NCBI RefSeq assembly: GCF_001194135.2
Contig: NC_068994.1
Span: 20,547,225 to 20,611,224, forward strand
Source: Octopus bimaculoides
Lineage: Eukaryota
Length of the DNA: 64,000 bases
Direction of reading: 5' to 3'
Under the pieces are notes generated by a model. The model ran no database searches, was not told the DNA's origin, and worked only from the letters and a program-made list of their open reading frames with translations. Position 1 is the stretch's first letter. The number at the start of each line of letters is the position of its first letter. The position numbers were made by a program, and so were the translations under genes. Of the stretch, positions 36,341-49,960 are shown piece after piece.

Positions 36341-38405
36341 AGTACTGTTGCTGAATATCTCACATTGTGAGATTTAAAAAATAGTAATTTTCTAATTGCC
36401 AAAATTGTATCACAAAACCTAAATGCTTTGAACTTGATTTTTGTTAACTCACTACAAGTTAACTAAGACCTACACTGGATCATTATCGAAATTTCAAAGA
36501 TGGTTTTGCTACTACATGTGTAAACATTATAGACTGCATCCATAATAAGTCCATATGATTAACAGGCAAGACTTCTTTAATGGTATAATCAATTGCTTCA
36601 ATTTCTAAATTAAATTTTTCCACCAAAATGAATTAAACAACTTGCTTGAAAAACAATAGATGAGACAGAAAATGGAGCATTTGTAACTTATCCCAGTGTA
36701 CATGTGTAATTTGATTTTGTTATGTTGATTGGTGTGCATGTGTGCATGCGTGTGTTTGTGTGTAAGTGTGTGCGTGCATGCATGCGTTCAGAAAATGTTC
36801 CCCTAACATTCTCTCTATACTTGTGTTGGGTTACTGATCTTGAATAATAAATGGAGTTATTCAACAACAGCAACCAAATTGTAGTTATTTCACATCAAGT
36901 AAGTCCATAGCAATTACTACCATGAACCCATAATATTAGTCCTTCCCTTAAGGAGCAAAATGTGGATGCATTATCCCCACTATTTACCACTGACAGAAAT
37001 AACAAGTGTCTCAAACTTAAGATCATAAAAACAATTGGTTTGTGATTCACAGGGGATGTGAAACCATAGAGACCATTTTTGATAATGGTTACAAAAGAAG
37101 CTTTTGATCAAAAATATGCAGTTCTATTCCAAATTTGTTGACTCAGCTCTACAGTCTACAGAGCAGCGAGAAAGCTCAGTCTAGAAGGTATAGAAATGAT
37201 ACAAGATCATGACATCTTTAAAATACTTTGCTGTTGACTGATACAACACATAGTAAGATATTTTTTACATTGCTATTAAAATAATGCTGATGATGATGAT
37301 TTAAGAAAATTATATGTTTAGGTCATGTTACCTATATGGCAGAAGTGTTGCTTCTTTAAATTGTAGCTGTCCACCTTCTGCTTGTATAAAATTTTAGCCA
37401 CTTAAGAAGATATTCACCTGTCTCTGAAAAGTGGAATAAATATTTCATAGTAACTCATGAAATTTTGAAGCACGTTGGGGCATAACTTTCTGGTTTCTAT
37501 GGTGGAACTGTTTTAACTCAGACTGTTAAGTCTTATCCCAATTCATTATGTATAAACATTAAAATGGCCATAGAAGCAAATGACAATGCTATTATGATGT
37601 ATTTTCCTTCAGTAGCCAACACAAACATAGTAATTAGAACTAAATGTAGGGTGTAGGTAAACATTTCTATAAAAATATAAAAAATAATCAAAGCCAAGAA
37701 TGTTTTCTGAAATTCTTTGTTTAAATATTTCAGAATGTGTGGTAGGATTGAGTGTATTCAAATCTTTTTGGTTTCATATCATGTGAATGAATATTTATAT
37801 AAGAATGTGTGTTGGAAAATTAATGTAACATTGTATGAAATATGTATGTAAAAACAAATGTGTGAATAGTTTTCTACAGTTCATGTACATAGTATTGCAG
37901 TGTGTATATTTTGTGTGTTCATACACACATGTACAACAGTAGTGGAGGTGGTGGTGGTGGTGGTAGTAGTAGCAAAAGTAGTAGTAGTTGTAGTAAACAG
38001 CTAAGGCCAGGCTATAATTACTGCAAAATACTCAACCAACAAATGACATTGTCTTATAAATACATCAGTCATTTTCATCATGATCAGCAGCAACAGCAGT
38101 AGTTGTAGCAACCAAATAAATAATGAGAAAAATAAAATAAATACTAACAAAATAAAGAGAGTAAAATAAACAACATAAGGAAGTTTCCATTCTGTTCAGG
38201 ATTTTTCTAATTACTTTTGATTAAACCACATGGTGACTAATTGGATGTTTGGGGTTGAAAGGGTAAAAAGCTGGCTGATAGAAGACCCCAGTCAAACAAA
38301 TATTACATGCAAGAGACAAATAATTTGAGAGTACTATTAACACCCTACTATATCATTTTGACTTACTCCCTGTTTTCTGCAGAGAGAGAGAGGGAGAGAG
38401 AGAGA

Positions 38406-38452
<47 letters not shown>

Positions 38453-38478
38453 TGTGCGTGCATGCGTGTGAGAGATAC

Positions 38479-39710
38479 TATCAGATCATTAAGAATGAAA
38501 TGTCCAATTTTCTCATGCACCAAGTTTGACAGCTATAATGTTTTATCCTGACAATTCTGTTTTACAATATTGAAGGGTTACATCATCACTTTTCAAAATG
38601 CAATTATGACGACTGATTATATTGTGAGTTTTCTTTTGTAATTCAATTTTTGTGAACCTATGGATAGATCAAGAATTCATGTTGTTTATGAATATGGGTT
38701 CCATCATGGATTCAATGCATGCCAGACAGCTCAAATCATCAATAAGGTGTTTGGTGAAGATGTGGATGAATGAGCGTATTGTACATCGATGGTTTGATAA
38801 GTTCTGGTCTGGTGACTTTACTCTTAAAAATCAGCCCTGTGGTAGACCCGAGACCAAGTTGGATAATGATGAGCTGGAAATTGTAGTGGAAGTGGATACA
38901 TCTCAAACTATGCATGAGTTAGCAGCAAGGTTTGAGGTTCTAATTCCAGCTGTATTGGACCATCTGAAACGAATTGGCAAGGTAAACAAGCTAGACAAGT
39001 GGGTACCACATAAACTGAATGAGCCAAATGACACGTCAGCTTGAAACTTGCTGTTCTTTGCTGTCATGGCATAGAAGCGGACCATTTTTGCATTGTATTG
39101 TTACGTGTGATGAAACATGGATTATTTTCAACAATAGCAAGCGTTCTGTATGGTGGTTGGATAGAGATAAAGTGTTAAAACAATCCAAAAAAGAATATTC
39201 ACCAAAAAAAGTTAATGGTGTTGGTTTGGTAGTCCAGCGCTGGTGTCATCCATTACAGCTTCATGAGACCTGATAAGTCAATTACAGCGGATGTATACAT
39301 CAACCAATTGGATGAAATGATGAGTGAACTTGTAATTAAACAACTGTGATTGGTCAATAGAGACCAGCCAATTCTCTTGCAAGACAATGCTCAATCACAT
39401 GTTGCACAAAGAATGCTACTCAAGTTACAGGAACTGAACTTGAAAAATACTCTGTCATCCACCATATTCACCAGACCATACACCAACTGACTATCACATT
39501 TTCCAGACATTAGACAACTTTTTGCAAGGAAAAAATTTCAAATTTGAAGAAGGTGCAAAAACAGCCTTTCATGCTTTCATCACCTCTTGCTCTCCAGAAT
39601 TCTTCGTTGCCAGCATAAATAAGCTACCGATAAAATGGCAAAATTGTGTTGATAATTTAGGTGCATACTTTCAGTTCAAAATCGGACGTTTCATTCTTAA
39701 TGATCTGATA
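38479..39710 (+). mobile_element. Full-length decayed mariner (1232 bp including TA flanks)
   Basis: 25-bp TIRs TCAGATCATTAAGAATGAAA(T/C)GTCC with 1 mismatch, TA on both sides. Contains WVPHKL, TCDETW and HPPYSPD motifs with frameshifts. Confidence 0.92.
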
Positions 39711-39711
39711 T

Positions 39712-40310
39712 CTTCCTGGTAAGGCAACAGCACTTAGCCAAGAATAAACCTCTGTACTTGGCTTTTGTAGATCCAGAGAAAGCCTTTGACAGAGTCCACT
39801 ACCCCCTCACCTGGTGGGCTATGCAGAAGCTAGGGATAGATGAGTGGTTGTTGAGAGTAGTACAAGCCATGTACAGGGATGTTGTCAGTAAGGTAAAGGT
39901 CAGCAATGAGTATCGCAATGACTTTAGTGTACAAGTAGGAGTTCACTAGGATCAGTTCTCAGCCCCCTCTTGTTTATCATAGTCCTCCAGGCCATAACAG
40001 AGAAATTTAAGATTGTCTGTCTCTGTGCACTCTTCTATGCTGATGACCTTCTTATAGCTGAATCACTACCTGAACTAGAGAGGAAATTTCACATGTGGAA
40101 ACAAGGTCTGGAATCAAAGGCCTTAGAGTTAATTTAGCAATGACCAAAATCCTGGTGAGAAGGAAAATGGACAAATCACAAATCTCTTCAGGGAGATGGT
40201 CTTGCTCAATGTGTAGAAAAGGTATTGATAGAAACTCCATTCAGTGTACCCAGTGCAAGCTATGGACACATAAGAGGTACAATAGTATCACAGAAAGGCT
40301 AACTGAGAAC
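39712..40310 (+). mobile_element. RTE RT fragment
   Basis: LAFVDPEKAFDRV, GVH*GSVLSPLLF, LFYADD, CSMC...CTQCKLWTHK. Confidence 0.85.
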
Positions 40311-40361
40311 ACAACTACTTTTATACATGAAAATAATTTCTAAACATACACAATATCATAT

Positions 40362-40754
40362 ACTCTTTACTCTTTTACTTGTTTCAGTCATTTGACTGTG
40401 GCCATACTGGAGCACCGCCTTTAGTCGAGCAAATCAACCCCAGGACTTATTCTTTGGAATCCTAGTACTTATTCTATCAGTCTTTTTTGCCGAACCGCTA
40501 AGTTACGGGGACGTAAACACACCACCATCGGTTGTCAAGCGATGGTGGGAGGACAAACACAGACACACATACATATATATATACATATATACGACGGGCT
40601 TCTTTCAGTTTCCATCTACCAAATCCACTCACAAGGCTTTGGTCGGCCTGAGGCTATAGTAGAAGACACTTGCCCAAGGTGCCACGCAGTGGGACTGAAC
40701 CCGGAACCATGTGGTTGGTAAGCAAGCTACTTACCACACAGTCACTCCTGCGCC
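40362..40754 (-). mobile_element. SINE family A
   Basis: Reverse complement, closely matching 26509-26918. Confidence 0.88.
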
Positions 40755-43299
40755 TATATGTATAAAATAATATGTATAAAAAAACATAAAACAAATCCTG
40801 AAGAAAACATACATAAGTGGGGTGGAGAGCAATGGCATAATAAAATTGTAGATAGATGAAAAATAGGACGATGATGTTAAGTTTTGGGAGAGAGAGAGGA
40901 ATACATAGTGATAGAAATGGCAGTCAGAGGTATACAAGGACAGATAGAGTGAGTGATGAACAAAGGTGAGGTGAAAGCATTGGTGGTAGATAAGAGGGTA
41001 TTCAGGGGGAAGCAGTATTGAGAGGAAAATAAAAAGGTAAGGGATGATATTGAGAATACACAATGGGTAACAAAAAACAATGGTTCCATGGAGAGGGATA
41101 ACTGGTATCACCAAAGCAGTATGAAATATGTGTAGTCCTCTTGTATTATTACAACAGGTGAGTAATTGTGCCATAGTTAGAAGAGTGAAGGGTGATAGTT
41201 TGACAGGGGCAGATTGGGTACTGGGGTACTGGCATAAATGATAAGCTTTTAGAACCCTTTTCTTTTTACTAATAACGCCACCACCAGGAAAACATCCTTG
41301 TCCATTGCAGAGTGGTTTATAACACAAACTGATAAATATTTACTAACTCAGTAAACTTGAAAGTGTTTGTACATGCCAACATTGCTGTCAAATCTCCCTC
41401 AACAAACTTATCTAGAATTTTTAAAAGAAGTAACATAAGTTTAACTTCTAAAATAGTACTAGCAAGAAGACTAACCAAACAATTCTTCTACTGCCACAGA
41501 TCTGTTTGAGCAGAACTGAGAAGGGCTATCTAAAAACAAGTACAGCAAATACAAATAAATATATTTCATTCATTTACCAGGGGCATGTTACTCCAGATAG
41601 AAAAGCCTTTCTCTCAGCTCTACCTTGCACCATCTATTTAGTGCAGGTCTTTGTTTCAAGGATTTGCCAAACCACACTAGTCTTGCAGACTGGCATGGGA
41701 GCTTTTAATGCATCTAGGCAGAATTTAACTCAGAACCAAACCAGAACCAATAATGTAAGGCATCTGGTTCAACATTCTTATATTTCTGTTAATCCACTAC
41801 CCTAGGTTAGTATTTTTTCTATTGACGCTGAAAGGATGAAGACAAAATTAACCTTGGTGGGATTTTATCTCAGAGTCAGAACAAATATCACAAGGTAGTC
41901 AATCTGATGCTCTAATGACTTTACAATTCATCTTAATAAATTTTTCAAGTAAAAAAAAAAAAAAAATATCTGTAATGGGATGAACATTCATAATTCACAA
42001 ATCAAATACGCATGATAAAAATTCTTGTCAAAATACCTAATCCATACAACTAATCCAGTGATATTACTCTAAAAGCATCTTGCAATAAGCTTATTTTTAG
42101 ACATAGTGCCACAACTGCAATGAAAATATTCTAACATTTTAGCCAGATCCCTTCATCAGAAAGTATGCTTCTTCATACAGATCATCAAGTCTCCAAAAGT
42201 GTTATAGCACACACATGATGATTATTTGATACCTCATGCAGTTCACCAAGTCTTCAAACATTTTGGTGAATATACCTTATTCATTTGTTTTCTTCTATAA
42301 AAATATTATTAATTAACAAAAGAAACTTTAATTTACTTTACTTGTTTCTGTCATTGGACTGTGGCTTTGGTGGGTTGTTGTCAAACAAATGAACCCAAGT
42401 ACTTATTTTTAAGTCTGGCACTTATTTTTTTGGTCTCTTTTGCTGGGCCACTAAGTTACAAGAACAAAAACAAACCAATGTCAGTTGTCAAGTGAGTGGG
42501 GAGGAGGTAAACACTGATATAAAAACACATACACATATACATATATATGTGACAGGTTTCCAGATTGTTTCCATCTTCCAAATTTACTGACAAGGCACTG
42601 GTCAGCCTGGGGTTATAGTAAAAGAGGTGCCATGTAGTGAGCTTGAAACCATGTGGCTGCAAAGTGAGCATCTTAACCACACAGCCACAGAAATGATTTT
42701 TCCAATGAATTTCTGATGATTAATAAAACAACTCATGAGTTTCATCACTAGTTAAAACACTGAATAAATTGCAAAAGAAAGAGAATGACAAAAAATAGAA
42801 CAGACAGAAGTTTTGAAATAGTATTATAAAAATTCAATTGTATTTTTATATATCTTTTTAAAGGATTTGCTCATGTTAGAGCCAATCTATTTACATAAGC
42901 AGAAAATTTTAGATCAATAAACTTATATAAAGTGTTTTCAAGTTTGGGCATGACAAAGTTTGCGCATCATAAAGAATGGAGAAGATAAACATGCATGACT
43001 TAGCTTTCTTTATAACCATTTGTGACATACAAATAGGTTGTTGTAATTTTTATTATCATTCTATAGAGCTTATTATAGTTTTATTCATTTTTGATAATTC
43101 AAACATTCTACTTCATGTTTAGCTTGCATTGTTCATGAAAAGCATTTTCTGATTATACATGAAGCAAAAGATTTTTTAGGCAGACTGTGAGTGGTAAGGT
43201 CAGAAAATATTTCTTTTTATTGTAAACAGAAAAATGTTGTCATTACTACGAAAGACAAACACTGAGATAGTTCAAAGTTTATTGTTCTTGGACTATGTT

Positions 43300-45135
43300 T
43301 GATAGTCGCTGCTGTCATGGGTTCCTTGATGTTGACTGATCATTGTGTTGCCGTTGCCATCCATCCATTGTTTTTGTGCATTTTGCCCATCTGCTGGTTC
43401 TGCTACTGTCTGCTGACAGTCATTTCTGTATCTGGTCTGCTGTCTGTCATCTGCTAAAATGTGCTGAATATATCGTGGTGGTCTTGCTCAGAAAAAGCAC
43501 GCCAAAGACGAAATTGTTGTGAGATCCAGTGCTACACAAAGTCTTGAATGGTCAGATCTTTTTAAAACATTGGTAATATTCTAGCAAATCATGGAAACTA
43601 TCAAGCCGTATAGTTTTCCAAACACCATTCAAAGTTGAGTTTCACTCCATTCCATGACTCAGTAATATTATCTACAGCATCCATTAAAGTGAATTCCTTT
43701 CAGAAGTCTCTAACTGTAGGTTTATCCTCCTTGTCTATTGCTTTCATAAATGTTTGAAAATTCTTTTCAGATAACATGCCTTGAAGTTAGCTATCACATC
43801 TTGATCTATTGGCTGGAGCAAAAAGTTGTTTTCTTGGGGATATAGACCACTCTCACATTATCAGAATGCTCATTTAATTTCACTGGGTGGTTTGGTACAT
43901 TGTCTAAAAGGAGTAATGTTTTTTTAAAAATATTATGGCAGGACATAAAATGTTTATAAAAGAACTCTATGAAAAGGTTCTTAGTCATCCATGCCTTATT
44001 TGAATGCCAAATCAGAGGCAAATTAACTTTGCATAGCCCTTGAAAATCATGAATTTTTAGAACAACACACAAGTAGGGATTTCAGTTTCCTATCACCAGC
44101 AGAGAAGAAATGTCAGGTGGTTTTTGGAAGCTTTAAATCATGGTGTTGATTTTTCTTTTTGAGAAATAAAAAGTTCTAGTAGGCATGAGCTTCTACAAAA
44201 GTGCAATTTCATCAACATCGTATAATCACTCTGATATGTTGCCTCACTGAGCAACCATTTTTCTTCGGCTGCTCAGAATAATTAGTGGCAGCCTTTGTAT
44301 CAAAACTGGCAGTTTCATCAGTCTTTTATGTTGTGCAAGTTCAAGACTTCTTAAACTTTTCAGACCAGTCTCTACTAGCCAGAAAACATTTTTTATTAAA
44401 AGTTCCACCTTCCTTTTTCTGGAAATCATCACCTAAACTTCTGGCTCTTTTTTAATTACCATAGTGCTTATTGGTACATTGTGCTGAATCTTATCCTTGA
44501 TCCATATACAGTAATCCCTCGACTACCACGGGTGTTACATTCCAAAACCCCCCACAATAAGTGAAAATCCATGAAGTAGAAACAGTACTGTACTGTATAT
44601 ATTTTTTTATTTTTATAATTTGTATATATTTATTTTATTATAAATGCAAAACAACACCACACACTCGCCTTCCATACAGTATGTGCGATTCTTTGTTTAT
44701 TCATCTACGGTACACTTGGTATTTTCTTTAAATATATTTTAATTAATGTGTTAAACAGTGCAGTACTGCACTGTATTTCTATTTATTAATTCATTCATTT
44801 TTAGACGTGAAAATGCTTATTTTACCACAGAAGTATTTACCATGATATAAATTTACATATATTAGCCAGAAAAATCCACAATGTACTGAGAGCATGATAC
44901 GTGAAGCACGATATGGCAAGTGGTTACTGTACCTCAAAATGGCCTTATTTTAAGTATAACATTAAATCTATGAAAAAATAAGGTCTGGACAGTTAACAGA
45001 GTAGCTTCTTGGACACTTGACTTAATTTTCTTTCTGTGCAGATCATAAACTTTAATGTTTTGGCAATGTGACTGATTTCTACCACCAAGCCTTTTTAAAA
45101 CATCAAGCTTGATATCCACTGTAATTTTCTAAAGG
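43300..45135 (-). mobile_element. Pogo/Tigger transposase relic
   Basis: CENP-B-like HTH (KITVDIKLDVLKRL) and DDE_1 motifs LPLIWHSNKAWMT...LLLLDNVPNHP. Confidence 0.8.
44509..44929. mobile_element. Tigger-like MITE nested in the pogo relic
   Basis: TA-CAGTAATCCCTCG...GTGGTTACTG-TA. Confidence 0.7.
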
Positions 45136-45858
45136 TTCCTTTTTTTTTTTTTTTTTTGTACTACTACTCTTAGTTCCACTTGATGGCTTCGTTCCAGACA
45201 TCTTGAATAGTTGGCAAACCCAACAGCTGTCTCTCTTTCTCCCTCTGTGTGTTTGTGTGTATACTCATATATGTATATACATATATACATGTATATATAT
45301 ATGATATATGGACATTGTTGGATAACTAACAAGGCAGAGACCTAGACTAGCAGTTTGCAGGTTATTATGGCCAAGCAGAAGCTCTGTACCATCAGACAAC
45401 TGATTATTGAAAAGGTTGCAAGACGCAACAAAAATTTTAGGAAAATAAAAATAAGGAATAAGTAGAAATTTTACTGGTGAGTGTGTTAAATTATAAGGCA
45501 CAAAAAGAAAATGACTCTCCCAAGACACAACAGAATTAACTGATAGTGTTTCTCAAATAAAATTCAAGAAAAGGCTCATATCATGAATAACACTTCAGTT
45601 AGATTATCAAATACATGAATGCACTCGATAATGAGGGAGCCTCTATATGGTTGCTCAACCTGTTAGAAATAGTAGCAAAATCACCTTATCATCAAAACAA
45701 AAAGGACACATTAGATGATTTAATCACTGATGTACAGAAAGACAGAGTGAAAATGGGGGCAAAGAATGACTTTGACCTGGTGTTAAACATCAACAAATGA
45801 ATGCTTATTAGTAATGTATTTTTGTCCAAACTTATTTTACATCCATTTGTATCACATT

Positions 45859-45891
<33 letters not shown>

Positions 45892-47710
45892 TACACATAC
45901 ACAAGCATACAACAGTTCAGCAGAGACACATTTGGCTAAGTTAGTTGAATGTCAGCCCACTAGTCAAAGGGTCGGCAGTTTATATCTTTTCAATGTTTTG
46001 CTGTGTCCGTGGCCAAAACATTGTATACCTCTCCATCTAGCTATAAATAGGTTTTGTGGGAGGTACACAGTACTGCATTAAGCAACAAGAGAAAACTGCA
46101 TAATTACAACTCTCAGCCTAATTTTTCTCATAAACAAATTTTGTTGTTAGAATGGTGCTTTACCCAGCCAAACAAGTGTCACTCAAATGCTTAGTGCCTT
46201 GAAGTCTCGGCTAAGTTTCAGTAAAACTCAACACACTCCAGTAATTGTGGATTTTAAGACAGAGTATTTCAGACACACAAACTAACTCCACTAGTTCAGA
46301 CATTGTTTCTAAACAATCAATTAAAATATGATGAGATTTGTTTTAACAGTTTTAAATATTATAACAACAAAAATAAATAAAAGGTTGCAGATACAGTAGA
46401 AATTATTAATTCATATACTACAAAGAAGAGTTTAATAGCTATGCCTATGAATGGGAGCATACGAGAAATTAGTAATTATTTAATATGCCTGAAGCAAGGA
46501 GCATGGGGACAATAAAATCAGGTGACACAGATTAGAGAGATTCAAACAAGTGCAGTTCTTTCTAACAAAAATAACTCAGTTAAGAGATGTATGAAAAGAA
46601 GCTGTTGAACTTCTTATATCCCCACCTGCCCAATAACTGCAACCTAATATTATTCAACAGAATATCTATAAATATATCTGTTTAATCAAATAAACTAAAA
46701 TATTACTTTAGGTCAGATATATGTACTAGTAAAATGCAAATTATTAATAAACTTGTAAACTGCAAAGAACAGTATAGTCTATTGACAATATTAATAATTT
46801 CTTTCAATAAGTATTTCTTACATACAGGCATGGCTGTGTAAGAAGCTTGCTTTCCAACCACATGGTTCAGGGTTCAATCCCACTATGTGGAACCTTGGAT
46901 AAGTGTCTTCTACTAAAGCCTTGGGCCAACCAAAACCTTGTGAATGGATTTGGTAGACGGAAACTGGAAGAAGCCCATCTCACACACACATTTCTGTCTT
47001 TGTGTCTGCATTTGTCTCCCCTCCATCAGTTGACAACTGGTGTTGGTGTTTACATCCCCATAACTTAGTGGTTTGGCAAAAGGGACAGAGAGAATAAGTA
47101 TCAAACCCTGCCAATAAAAAGTACAGGGGTTGATTCAATCAACTAAAAATTCTTGAAGGCAGTGCCCCAGCATGGCCACAGTCTAATGAGTGAAACAAGT
47201 AAAAGATAAAAGATACACTAGATACAAGATTACAAATGTTTCAAGAAGAGTATTGTCAATTAACATCAACACGAGTAAATGTCAGATGTTAATTTTATTG
47301 ATCCTAAAGGACAAAGGTGATCTCAATAGGATTTGAACTTGGAATGTAAAAGGATATAACTAAACACCTCAATGCATTTTATCTGGCCAACTACCATTTC
47401 TGTCACCCAACCAATCTCCAAACAATAAAAATTTTGAGACACAAAGCTTCACATTTGGGTGGAAACAGTCAATTAAATCAACACTTATTTAATTACTTTT
47501 GTTTCAAGAAACGCAGACTGAAGAAACAAATGCACATTCATCAACACAATAATATTTTAGTCAGAGAAAAAAAGCAGTACTTTTTAATAAAAATAGATTG
47601 TAGATTGTATGTTTCATGTGTACGAAGTGCAATGATGCATGGTAGTGAGATGTAGACACTGAACACAGAGAATGTGTGAAGGGTGGAGAGAAATGAAGCA
47701 TACTCTACTG

Positions 47711-48488
47711 CAGTAGTTCCTAACCATTTCATAGTGGTTCCCAACCCTTTTATTTAAATGAGTTTTAATATGCTTGTCCTTATGTGTGTGTGTGTGTGTG
47801 TGTGTAGGCCCAGGAAGACCTGGGCTGAGGTGGTGAGGCAAGACCTTCGAACATTGGGCCTCACCGAGGCGATGACTACTGACCGAGACCTTTGGAAATG
47901 TGCTGTGCGTGAGAAGACCCGGCAAGCCAAGTGAGATCGTTGCCAGTGCTCCTGGACTGGCTCTTGTGCGGGTGGCACATAAGATGCACCATTTTGAGCG
48001 TGGCCGTTGCCAGTACCGCCTGACTGGCCTTCGTAGGATTTTCGAGNNNNNNNNNNNNNNNNNNNNNNNNNNNNNNNNNNNNNNNNNNNNNNNNNNNNNN
48101 NNNNNNNNNNNNNNNNNNNNNNNNNNNNNNNNNNNNNNNNNNNNNNNNNNNNNNNNNNNNNNNNNNNNNNNNNNNNNNNNNNNNNNNNNNNNNNNNNNNN
48201 NNNNNNNNNNNNNNNNNNNNNNNNNNNNNNNNNNNNNNNNNNNNNNNNNNNNNNNNNNNNCCATCCGGTTTCACTAGTCCTCAGTCAAATCGTCCAACCC
48301 ATGCTAGCATGGAAAGCGGACGTTAAACGATGATGATGATGATATATGTTAGAGGTAATACTTGAAAATTGTAAGCACCTGTGCATGCCAGATCGTGGCC
48401 GGGGTGAAAGCATAAATTGAAAATGTAAAAATAAAAACAAAACACAAAGGATTCTGCAGTACACGTGTTTCAAGCTTTATAGTTGTTG

Positions 48489-48529
<41 letters not shown>

Positions 48530-48608
48530 TTTGAATTTAGCTCATGGACCCCCAGTATTGCCTTTGTAGAACACTAGGGCTCCACAGACCCCAGGTTGGG
48601 AACCACCA
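47711..48608. mobile_element. hAT (Charlie-type) MITE with 8-bp TSD CTCTACTG, carrying an RTE insertion
   Basis: Termini CAGTAGTTCCTAACC and GGTTGGGAACCACCA; identical 8-mers at 47703-47710 and 48609-48616. Confidence 0.75.
47790..48345 (+). mobile_element. Young RTE 3' end (ORF end, 3' UTR and (GAT)n tail)
   Basis: GRPRKTWAEVVRQDLRTLGLTEAMTTDRDLWKCAVREKT..* runs directly into the UTR shared with 55817-56175 and 53030-53180. Confidence 0.85.
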
Positions 48609-49912
48609 CTCTACTGAATGTGTAATGTTAGTGTGTGTAAATGACATGGTAAAGATGAACTGAGTGATTAATTAGGGAAAAGGAGAATCAATTGTAGTGT
48701 GCAAGAATGAATATTGCATTGAATTGGATATATGATGCATATGGAAGATAATAGATGAGTAAAGAAGTACTGGGATATCCAAGTGGAAGGAAACTGGAAC
48801 AGAGAGAGCAACAAAAGATGTGGGCAAAAGTAATAAAAACTGAAATCTTTGAGGCAGACTTTTCTATGGTTGTAAGCCCTTTCTGTGGCCAACATTCGCC
48901 TGTTGCCAAGCAAACTAATGGTTTTCCAAGGCCAGATGTTTTTCAAGAATGATTGTCAATGAACAATACTCATTTACAACCATCATGTGATATCAAGACA
49001 AGGTGACACACAAAAAATTATTGTTATCTCTGGATGAATACCACAGTAAATTGCTTTTCAATGAAGTATTTACATTAAGTATGATACATAGATGGCCAGT
49101 TTTATACCTGTCTTTTTATGCTTGCAACAGTTGAAAGTGAGATGCTCTCCAGTTGAACATCTCACCACTTGTTGTGGTACTTTTCATCTTCCTTGTAAGA
49201 GTCAGGCGACGCTGTGTTGTAAGAAGTTAGCTTCCCAATGACACGGTTCTGGGTTCAATCCCAACTGTGTGGAGCATTGGGCAAGTGTTTTATACTATAA
49301 CCTCAAGCCGACCAAAACTTTGTAAGTGGATTTCATAGACGGAAACTAAATGAAGCCCACCCTGTGTGTACGTGAATGTGTGTAAGCGATCTTTCGGTAC
49401 TGGTATAGAGTGTCGGCATGAAGAGATGACGTAATTCACCCTCTTTTTCAGCATGGTCACAGTCCAGTGATTGGAGCAAGTAAAAGATAAAAGCCAGATA
49501 TCAAGTTAGAAAGTGAATGGCTAAGAGAATAACGTACATAGAGGATAACGATAAAGCAACAAACTCACGCGTAAAATAATAGAAATAGGAAACGGTGGGA
49601 GGTGAGGGGGCTACACAATGAGCAAAATAGAATTTAAAAAATATTATTGTTCAAGTCAATCAGTGCTCTTAGTTACATGTCGAAGCGTACATAACAATTA
49701 GCTTATTCGCAATTGCATTTTCTCCTAACAATTAAATCAAAATTGCTCTCTGCTTCGTAAAGGAAGTTAAGCGAGTGAGAGAATGGAGGCAGGAAGGGGA
49801 AATGGAAGGGGTATCTTTAAAAGAGTAGTCTACTATCAGGTGAGATTAAACAAACAAAAACATTCGTACAATTAAGTAAATTTAAAAGAGGCATGTATGT
49901 GTAGAGTGAGAG

Positions 49913-49960
<48 letters not shown>

